Shown one piece after another: positions 1 to 6,693 of a stretch of DNA of 18,459 nt. A program made the position numbers and the translations under genes. How positions within the stretch are numbered: position 1 is the stretch's first letter; each line of letters begins with the position of its first letter. The stretch is from Elusimicrobiota bacterium (GTDB lineage Bacteria; Elusimicrobiota; Elusimicrobia; UBA1565; UBA9628), in assembly GCA_027319565.1 (NCBI GenBank), contig DAHVNA010000038.1:1-18459 (forward strand). Direction: 5' to 3'. The notes under the pieces were generated by a model that made no database searches, had not been told where the DNA came from, and saw nothing but the letters and a program-made list of their open reading frames with translations.

Positions 1-80
1 GGGATGATCGAGAAACGAAGCACCTCAAGAGCTCCGTCATTGCCGGAGGAGTACAACTCTTTTCAAGACGCCGGTGATAA
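1..80. repeat. Possible repeat/mobile-element end with a REP-like remnant, abutting the broken permease stub
   Basis: TCCGTCATTGCCGGAGG (33-49) resembles the reverse complement of the REP-like unit at 6597-6630 (TCCGTCACCCCGGAGG). Small stem CTCCG/CGGAG (32-36/44-48). Permease-like coding stops near base 78. No transposase or second end is visible. Confidence 0.3.
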
Positions 81-122
81 CTCACAAAAAGAATCTACCG
101 CCAATATCCAAATTTTTTTCAT
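63..122 (-). pseudogene. Truncated N-terminal stub of a probable ABC-2 type permease (MKKIWILAVDSFCELSPAS*)
   Basis: ATG at 122-120 overlaps the ABC ATPase stop (ATGA coupling). The first ~15 residues resemble ABC-2 permease N-termini. A TGA follows at 65-63, and neither alternative frame gives a transmembrane segment. Confidence 0.5.
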
Positions 123-895
123 TTAGGAGAAGTTTTGAGCAAGGCTTGGGTGGGGCGATCATTTTGGACAATTTCACTAAAACGCTCTTCAAGCCCCCCG
201 CGAGAATCGGCCCAGTCTTTTCGTTTAAGGACGCGGATAAGCCGCCCCTCTTTGAGCACCCCGACTCGATGGCATAATTTTTCAATCTCAAAAATACTAT
301 GAGAAGAGATAAAAATAGTTTTTCCCTCTTCAAGAAGACGGGAAAGATACTCTCTTAAATCCCTGATCGCCAAGGGATCAAGACCGCTCATCGGCTCATC
401 TAAAATCAATAGATCGGGGTTATGAATCGTGGCTTGGGCCAAGGCGACTCTTTGAGACAAGCCCTTGGATAATTCCGAAATCCGCTTTTCTTTGTGGCTC
501 ACAAGACCGGTTTCCCATAAGACGCGCTCTAAATTCGTTTTGATTTCCAGATTCGACAACCCGGACAAGCGCCCATAAAACTTAAGGCAGGACTCAACGG
601 TCAGAAAAGAATGGAAATAAGGAAGCTCAGGAACATATCCGACACGAGAATAAAAGGCCCTCGTTGTGGGCGGCGAATCAAAAATCTTGACCGTTCCGGA
701 GTTGAGAGCCAAAAGCCCCAGGGCCAGTTTAAAAGTCGTCGTTTTCCCGCTTCCATTGAGGCCCAAAAGCCCGAAAGCCTCTCCTTTTTCCACTTCTAAG
801 GAAAAATCAATGAGCCCGATTTTCTTCGTGGTCCGGCCGAGATGAGAGGAAGCGTAAATCTTGGTCGCTTCGCGAAAAGAAATTACCGGAGGCAT
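119..895 (-). CDS. ABC transporter ATP-binding protein (ABC-2/exporter type)
   Basis: Walker A GLNGSGKTT, signature variant LSKGLSQR, Walker B/D-loop ILDEPMSGLDP, H-loop ISSH. ATG at 895 preferred over the TTG at 928, which overlaps the upstream gene. Confidence 0.93.
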   Translation of the reverse strand: MPPVISFREATKIYASSHLGRTTKKIGLIDFSLEVEKGEAFGLLGLNGSGKTTTFKLALGLLALNSGTVKIFDSPPTTRAFYSRVGYVPELPYFHSFLTVESCLKFYGRLSGLSNLEIKTNLERVLWETGLVSHKEKRISELSKGLSQRVALAQATIHNPDLLILDEPMSGLDPLAIRDLREYLSRLLEEGKTIFISSHSIFEIEKLCHRVGVLKEGRLIRVLKRKDWADSRGGLEERFSEIVQNDRPTQALLKTSPK

Positions 896-914
896 GGCAA
901 GGGTAGATTTCTTT

Positions 915-2012
915 TCACTTTTTTTCAAGAACGGAAGACAGCCTTTTTCTAAGAGCGTTAAGGCCCGTGTCGAGATCTTCTTGCGAAATGTATCCCATAT
1001 GCGCGATTCGGATAATCTTTCCTTTTAAAGCCTCTTGTCCCCCCGCGATAGAGATTCCTTCCTCTTCGCGCAGAGAATTCACCAACCGGTTGCCGTCAAT
1101 TCCCGTGGGAAGATACACCGCCGTCAGGATATGGGCGGGGTTCTGGGCCAATGTTTTTAAACCCATCTCTTTTGCCCAAGCCCGCGCGCTTAAGGCCATG
1201 TCGGCGGTGCGCTTAAGGACATTAGAAAGGCCTTCTTCTTTAATCAGTCTTAAGGCTTCTGCCTGGGCCACCACCAAGGGAACCGCCGGAGTGTAAGGAG
1301 TCTCTTTGTCTTTAAGAGAATTTCTCATCGTTCTCCAATCCAAATAAAAGCGCGGGAGTTTGGCGGCTTCGCAAGCTTTCCAGGCGCGAGGACTAACGGC
1401 GGCAAAGGCCAGCCCCGGAGCGTTCATGAGCCCTTTTTGGGAAGCGGTGACAACGACGTCCAAACCCCAGGCATCCATCTCCATCGCTTCCGCGCCAAGG
1501 CTTGAGACCGCGTCAACGACAATCAAGGCTTCGGGAGTTCTTTGGCGTATCACCTTGCTTAAAGCCGCTAAATCATTTAAGATTCCGGTGGAAGTATCCG
1601 TGTGTTGGATATAAACGGCCTTGATATCGGAATTTTTCTTAAGGAAAGCGTCTAATTCTTCCGGAGAAGCGGCACAGCCCAGCGGGGAGTTGATAAGCAA
1701 CGGGTTGAGGCCGTAGGCTTTAAAAATATAGGCGAAACGTTCTCCAAAAACCCCGCAATTTAAAACAAGCGCCTTGTCTCCCGGAGATAAAAGATTGACG
1801 ACCGAAGACTCCATCGCGCCAGTGCCGGAAGTGGTCATCATCAAAACAGAATTTTGAGTATGGAGAATGGACTTCATTTCATCGGCGACGAATTGAAAGA
1901 CCGAGCCGAATTCATGCGTTCGGTGATGGAGAATCGGTTGGGATAAGGCCTTAAGAACCGACGGCGGTATCGGGGTGGGCCCCGGAGTCAGGAGAATATA
2001 TTTCTTGTTCAT
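915..2012 (-). CDS. Class V PLP-dependent aminotransferase (alanine-glyoxylate / serine-pyruvate family)
   Basis: N-terminal LLTPGPT, SGTGAME, HTDTSTG, VDAVSSLG, PLP-lysine motif TASQKGL, PYTP, and C-terminal RIAHMG. Confidence 0.92.
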   Translation of the reverse strand: MNKKYILLTPGPTPIPPSVLKALSQPILHHRTHEFGSVFQFVADEMKSILHTQNSVLMMTTSGTGAMESSVVNLLSPGDKALVLNCGVFGERFAYIFKAYGLNPLLINSPLGCAASPEELDAFLKKNSDIKAVYIQHTDTSTGILNDLAALSKVIRQRTPEALIVVDAVSSLGAEAMEMDAWGLDVVVTASQKGLMNAPGLAFAAVSPRAWKACEAAKLPRFYLDWRTMRNSLKDKETPYTPAVPLVVAQAEALRLIKEEGLSNVLKRTADMALSARAWAKEMGLKTLAQNPAHILTAVYLPTGIDGNRLVNSLREEEGISIAGGQEALKGKIIRIAHMGYISQEDLDTGLNALRKRLSSVLEKK

Positions 2013-2024
2013 AAATTTCTCGTT

Positions 2025-4457
2025 TTAGGCGACCGCGCCCGACTGATGCGGATTATTCTTCGACGGAACGGGCAAATCCGGATGCGGGATATTCAGCGGA
2101 GGCATTCCGCTGCCGGAAAAAAGAGCGGATTCGACAACCTCTTTAAAGTGAGAGACTGGAACCATTTTAAGATCCGACAATATCTCGGCTGGAATATCCT
2201 CTAAATCCTTTCGATTTTGTTCCGGGAAAAGAACGGTCTTAACGCCTTCACGGTGCGCCGCCAAAACTTTTTCTTTAAGCCCTCCGATGGGCAAAACTCT
2301 TCCCCGCAGGGTGATTTCCCCTGTCATCGCGAGATCGGGAGATACGGGGCGGGAGGTCATCAAGCTGAGAAGAGCTGTCGCAATCGCGATTCCAGCCGAA
2401 GGACCGTCCTTGGGAACCGCTCCCTCGGGAACGTGAATGTGATAATCCTTGTCTTTAAATATTTCATTGAGAATTCCCAAATCCGGGGCGATCGATTTAA
2501 GATAAGAAAAACCGGCCTGGGCGGATTCCACCATCACGGTTCCCAGTTTTCCGGTCAATTTAAGTTCTCCCTTGCCGGCGGAGCTGACCACTTCTATAGG
2601 CATCGTCACCCCGCCCGCCTCGGTCCATGCCAATCCCGTCACAACACCGATTGAATTCTTGACATTTTTTTCGCGGTGGAATTTAGGAATCCCCAAGAAT
2701 TGAGAAAGGTTTTCACCGGTAATCTCGATTTTATTTGTTCCATCCTTGACCAGGTGCATGGCGACTTTTCTAGACAAAGACGCCATCTCGCGATTAAGAT
2801 TTCTGACTCCGGCTTCCCGTGTATATTCCAAAATAGTCCGCTCAAGCGCGGGCTCGGAAATCGAAACCAAATCGGGTTTTACCCCGTGTTCTTTAAGTTG
2901 CTTGGGTAATAGATGCTGACGGGCGATGAGCTTTTTTTCCTGATGAGTGTAACCGCTAAAGCGAAGAACCTCAAGGCGATCTTGAAGGCTTGAGGGAATT
3001 CCCTCCAAGGTGTTGGCCGTGCAAATAAACATAATCTGCGACAAATCGAACTCCACATCTAAATAGTGATCGGTAAAGGTCGAATTTTGCTCCGGATCTA
3101 AAACCTCAAGAAGGGCGGCCGCGGGATCTCCCCTCCAGTCCATGCCCATCTTATCGATTTCATCGAGGAGAAAAACCGGGTTTTTACTCTGGGCCTTGCG
3201 AAGAGATTGCACGATGCGGCCCGGAAGAGAGCCGATATAGGTTCGCCGATGCCCGCGAATTTCCGCTTCATCCCGGACCCCGCCCAAACTTAAGCGAACA
3301 AATTTTCGCCCCATCGCTTTCGCTATAGATTGTCCGAGAGATGTTTTGCCGACTCCGGGCGGACCGACAAAGCAAAGAATGGAACCGCGCAAACCCTTGG
3401 TGAGCTTGCAAACCGCGATATATTCTAAAATCCTTTCCTTGATTTTTTTGAGATCATAGTGGTCTTGATCGAGAACTTTTGCGGCCCAGTCGATATCCAG
3501 GCGCTCCCGAGTTCGCTTCGACCAGGGAAGGTGAATCATCCAGTCAAGGTAGGTTCTCGAAACCGTCGATTCCGGCGAATAAGGCATCATCTTTTCAAGG
3601 CGAGAAAGCTCTTTTTTCGCCGCTTCTTCCGCGGCTTTCGACATTTTCGCTTCGGCGATTTTTTTCTTAAGCTCTTCGATTTCTTGGGCGAAATCATCTT
3701 TTTGCTTGAGCTCTTTTTGAATCGCCTTCATCTGCTCGTTGAGATAATATTCCTTCTGGTTTTTCTCAATTTGGGTTTTAACGCGCGAATGAATGCGGCG
3801 TTCAAGGCTTAGAATTTCGATATCGGTTCGAATCAGCTCGATTAAGCGTTCCAGCCTGCGATTGACTTCGATGATCTCAAGTATCTCTTGTCTTTCGGCC
3901 GCTTTAGACAAGGCGTGGGCCGCCACCATATCGCACAATTGGGCGGGACTGGCGACTTCCTTAAGCGCCTCAAGGATATCGGCGACCGGGCGTTGGGAAA
4001 TCTGGGATTGTTCCTCAAAAACCTCCAACAAATGGCGCATCAGGGCCTTGGTTTCATTGCTCGGAGTCAACTTAAGTTGGGATTCCGGATATTCAACTTC
4101 CGCTTCCCAATATCCTTCCGGAAGATCTTTAGACGAAACGATGGACAAGCGGGTGATCCCGCGCAGAAAAACCTTGAGCGTTCCATCCGGCATCCGAAGA
4201 AATTGCTCAACCGAGGCCAGAACGCCCTTTTGATAGACATCGGGCATCTGCGGCTCTTCGACTCTCATATCCTTTTGAGCGACCACCGCGAGAAGTTTTT
4301 TCTCGTTTTTGATCGCGGCTTCTATCGCCCGAATGGAGCGAATGCGGCCCACCGAGAGCGGCAAAAGGGTGTGCGGGAAAAATACGACGTCTCTGACCGC
4401 CAACAAAGGCAAGGCGCTAGGAAAATCTAAAGGCGATTCCACTTTAGAATCTTCCAT
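2025..4457 (-). CDS. lon: ATP-dependent protease La (LonA)
   Basis: Lon N-domain (LPLLAVRDVVFFP), Walker A GPPGVGKT, Walker B LLDEIDK, catalytic Ser in PKDGPSAG and Lys in GGLKEK; 810 aa. Confidence 0.98.
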   Translation of the reverse strand: MEDSKVESPLDFPSALPLLAVRDVVFFPHTLLPLSVGRIRSIRAIEAAIKNEKKLLAVVAQKDMRVEEPQMPDVYQKGVLASVEQFLRMPDGTLKVFLRGITRLSIVSSKDLPEGYWEAEVEYPESQLKLTPSNETKALMRHLLEVFEEQSQISQRPVADILEALKEVASPAQLCDMVAAHALSKAAERQEILEIIEVNRRLERLIELIRTDIEILSLERRIHSRVKTQIEKNQKEYYLNEQMKAIQKELKQKDDFAQEIEELKKKIAEAKMSKAAEEAAKKELSRLEKMMPYSPESTVSRTYLDWMIHLPWSKRTRERLDIDWAAKVLDQDHYDLKKIKERILEYIAVCKLTKGLRGSILCFVGPPGVGKTSLGQSIAKAMGRKFVRLSLGGVRDEAEIRGHRRTYIGSLPGRIVQSLRKAQSKNPVFLLDEIDKMGMDWRGDPAAALLEVLDPEQNSTFTDHYLDVEFDLSQIMFICTANTLEGIPSSLQDRLEVLRFSGYTHQEKKLIARQHLLPKQLKEHGVKPDLVSISEPALERTILEYTREAGVRNLNREMASLSRKVAMHLVKDGTNKIEITGENLSQFLGIPKFHREKNVKNSIGVVTGLAWTEAGGVTMPIEVVSSAGKGELKLTGKLGTVMVESAQAGFSYLKSIAPDLGILNEIFKDKDYHIHVPEGAVPKDGPSAGIAIATALLSLMTSRPVSPDLAMTGEITLRGRVLPIGGLKEKVLAAHREGVKTVLFPEQNRKDLEDIPAEILSDLKMVPVSHFKEVVESALFSGSGMPPLNIPHPDLPVPSKNNPHQSGAVA

Positions 4458-5053
4458 TATTTTTTATGCGGCAGGATATGATCGACAATGCCATATTCCT
4501 TGGCTTCCTGGGCCGAAAGATAAAAGTTTCGCTCCATATCCTTGCGGAGTTTTTCTCGGGCTTGCCCGGTATGCGTGGCCAAGATTTCAATGGTCTTTTC
4601 CTTGGTCTTTGAGATTTCTTCGGCTTCAATCATGATATCGGTCGCCTGCCCGGAAATGCCGCCGCGGGTTAACGGCTGGTGAATCATGACTCGGGCGTAG
4701 GGCAAAATATAGCGCTTTCCCTTGGTTCCTGCGGCAAGCAAAATCGCGCCGAAAGACATCGACATGCCGATACACAAAGTCGAGATCGGAGCGCGGATAT
4801 ACTGCATCGTGTCGTAAACCGCCCAGCCGGCCGTAACCATTCCTCCGGGAGAATTAATGTAGAGCTGAATATCTTTTGTGGGATCTTCCGCGTCCAGATA
4901 AAGAAGCTGCGATATCAGGTCATTGGCCGCGTCGGTGGTAAACACGCCTTCTTGTCCGCCGGCGAAAACAACCCTTTCTTTGAGAAGACGCGAAAAAATG
5001 TCGTAACTGACCGCCGCGCCCTGGGTCCATTTTTCAAGTATCGTGGGAATCAT
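4457..5053 (-). CDS. clpP: ATP-dependent Clp protease proteolytic subunit (catalytic Asp replaced by Asn)
   Basis: DIFSRLLKER, YINSPGG, catalytic Ser in GMSMSFGA, His in MIHQP, EAKEYGIVD. ATG at 5053 lies 8 nt after an AAGGAG Shine-Dalgarno and is preferred to the TTG at 5059. Confidence 0.97.
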   Translation of the reverse strand: MIPTILEKWTQGAAVSYDIFSRLLKERVVFAGGQEGVFTTDAANDLISQLLYLDAEDPTKDIQLYINSPGGMVTAGWAVYDTMQYIRAPISTLCIGMSMSFGAILLAAGTKGKRYILPYARVMIHQPLTRGGISGQATDIMIEAEEISKTKEKTIEILATHTGQAREKLRKDMERNFYLSAQEAKEYGIVDHILPHKK

Positions 5054-5055
5054 CG

Positions 5056-6321
5056 TCAAATCTCCTTAACGACCGCTTTTTCCCGCGTCAGCTGCCGCGC
5101 TTTTCTCTCGCGGATAATTCTGGCGAGTCCCAATTTATTTCTCTCGAAAAATTTGCGCCTCTCTTCTTTTTCAAGATCGGATTTAAGCGCTTTGAGAGCT
5201 TCTTCCAGTTCTTGGTTGTAATCTTCTTCCGTCATGTCCAATTTTTCTTTGTCGGCAATGGCCAGGAAAATATAAGAAAGCCGTAAATTATCCTCGACCT
5301 GCGGGCGAATTTCTTTTTTTAATTTTTCCAAATCGGTCTCGGGAATGGAGCGGCGACTCTGGCGCTCAAGGCTTTCGAGAAAGCGCTCGGTCTCATGCTC
5401 AACCAAGGTCGGGGGAACGGGAATGGAGTTGGCCTTAAGAAGCGCTTTTTCAATTTCCTTGCGAATTTCGTCCTCTTCTTGTTTGGAATATTCCTTCTCG
5501 ATGGAATCTTTCAGATTTTTCTTTAAATCCTCCAAAGACTCAAGCCCCATGTCCTTGGCGAAATCATCATCGAGTTGCGGAAGGACCTTTTTCTTGATCT
5601 CAATGAGAGCGACCTTTAAAACGGTCTCTTTTTCCCGGAACTTAACCTTAATCTCTTTAGATTCCCCCCTTTTCATCCCCAGGAGTCCGGCGGATAAGCC
5701 CTCGAGAAGCTGGTCGGAAGACATATCGATGAGTTCTGAATCGTTCTTGAGCTTGGGAAGCGGCTTGCCGTTCTGAAAGGCGGTATAACTAATCACCGCG
5801 TAATGCTGAGTCCCCAGAGTTTCTTCCTCGGATTGCTCAAGGCGTGAGTGCGCGTCTCTTAATTTTTCCAATTCCGCCGAAAGAATATCATCGGTGACCG
5901 GGCGCTTCTTGTAAGAGACGGCAATTTTGAGATAGTCCTTGGGATCGACTTCGGGAGCGATCTCAATTTGGACATCTAATTTCATGGATTTATTCCAGTC
6001 GACATTGGTGATAGTCGAAGCGGTCACCGGAGTCAAATTGAGTTCTTTAACTAGATCCGGGACGAATTTTTCCGCGAGGCGGTTTAAAATTCTTTCCCGA
6101 ATAGTATCCGGGTAATGGGCTTCCACCATCGCCATCGGCGCTTTTCCAGGGCGAAACCCGGGGATTTTGGCCTGTTCCTGAACCCACAATAAAACATTGT
6201 GTTTTTCATTTTGAATGAGCGCCTCAGGAATTTCGATAGAGGCGGAAACAACGCAGCCCTCTTCTTTATTCTTTTTAAACTTCGGCTTGTCTGATTTTTC
6301 CGCGAATGTAAAAAGTCCCAT
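5056..6321 (-). CDS. tig: Trigger factor
   Basis: Ribosome-binding signature IPGFRPGKAP, LPQLDDDFAK, and position upstream of clpP. ATG at 6321 follows an AGGGAG SD; the longer ORF-track start runs into tRNA-Leu. Confidence 0.95.
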   Translation of the reverse strand: MGLFTFAEKSDKPKFKKNKEEGCVVSASIEIPEALIQNEKHNVLLWVQEQAKIPGFRPGKAPMAMVEAHYPDTIRERILNRLAEKFVPDLVKELNLTPVTASTITNVDWNKSMKLDVQIEIAPEVDPKDYLKIAVSYKKRPVTDDILSAELEKLRDAHSRLEQSEEETLGTQHYAVISYTAFQNGKPLPKLKNDSELIDMSSDQLLEGLSAGLLGMKRGESKEIKVKFREKETVLKVALIEIKKKVLPQLDDDFAKDMGLESLEDLKKNLKDSIEKEYSKQEEDEIRKEIEKALLKANSIPVPPTLVEHETERFLESLERQSRRSIPETDLEKLKKEIRPQVEDNLRLSYIFLAIADKEKLDMTEEDYNQELEEALKALKSDLEKEERRKFFERNKLGLARIIRERKARQLTREKAVVKEI

Positions 6322-6349
6322 TTGTTTTCTCCCTTGTAGCCGTTGCGCA

Positions 6350-6431
6350 TGGGCGAGGGGGGATTTGAACCCCCACGCCTTGCGGCACACGGTCCTAAGC
6401 CGTGCGCGTCTGCCAGTTCCGCCACCCGCCC
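6350..6431 (-). tRNA. tRNA-Leu (anticodon TAG)
   Basis: Reverse complement GGGCGGGTGGCGGAACTGGCAGACGCGCACGGCTTAGGACCGTGTGCCGCAAGGCGTGGGGGTTCAAATCCCCCCTCGCCCA folds as a cloverleaf with a long variable arm, anticodon arm CACGG-CT-TAG-GA-CCGTG and discriminator A. CCA is not encoded. Confidence 0.97.
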
Positions 6432-6441
6432 GAACAACTCT

Positions 6442-6514
6442 TGGGCCATACAGGAATCGAACCTGTAACCTTGCGCTTAAGAGGCGCCTGCTCTGCCAAT
6501 TGAGCTAATGGCCC
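6442..6514 (-). tRNA. tRNA-Lys (anticodon CTT)
   Basis: Reverse complement GGGCCATTAGCTCAATTGGCAGAGCAGGCGCCTCTTAAGCGCAAGGTTACAGGTTCGATTCCTGTATGGCCCA gives a 73-nt cloverleaf with loop CT-CTT-AA and T-loop TTCGATT. CCA is not encoded. Confidence 0.97.
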
Positions 6515-6535
6515 GGAAAACGGCACGTTCATTTA

Positions 6536-6541
6536 ATTATA
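6536..6541 (-). promoter_or_regulatory. Probable sigma70 -10 element for the tRNA-Lys/tRNA-Leu/tig transcript
   Basis: Perfect TATAAT on the minus strand 21 nt upstream of tRNA-Lys in an AT-rich patch; no convincing -35. Confidence 0.55.
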
Positions 6542-6596
6542 TAAAAACCAAAAGCCAGTTTCCGGTTTTATCTGAATTCCAAGAACTCGCGTATTT

Positions 6597-6690
6597 CTGG
6601 ACCCCGGCTTACGGCCTCCGGGGTGACGGATTATTTTTTGTCATTCCCGCGCCAACCCCCATCGTCATTCCGGCGAAAGTCGGAATCCAG
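6597..6690. repeat. Cluster of REP-like palindromes (GTCA...stem-loop...CCAG type)
   Basis: Unit 1 (minus, 6597-6627) has stem ACCCCGG/CCGGGGT. Unit 2 (plus, 6640-6651) is a truncated GTCATTCCCGCG. Unit 3 (plus, 6664-6690) is GTCATTCCGGCGAAAGTCGGAATCCAG, with stem ATTCCGGC/GTCGGAAT and a GAAA loop. Confidence 0.85.
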
Positions 6691-6693
6691 CAA

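Noticed and set aside
6322..6390. ORF-track N-terminal extension of tig (start 6390), plus ORFs 6084-6449 and 6215-6508
   Set aside because: These translate through the tRNA genes. The ATG at 6321 has a good SD and gives a normal-length trigger factor.
6350..6514. tRNA genes as an integration site for a prophage or island
   Set aside because: No integrase, no duplicated tRNA 3' end, and core genes on both sides.
6597..6690. CRISPR-like array
   Set aside because: The units differ in sequence, length and orientation, there are no regular spacers, and no cas genes are present.
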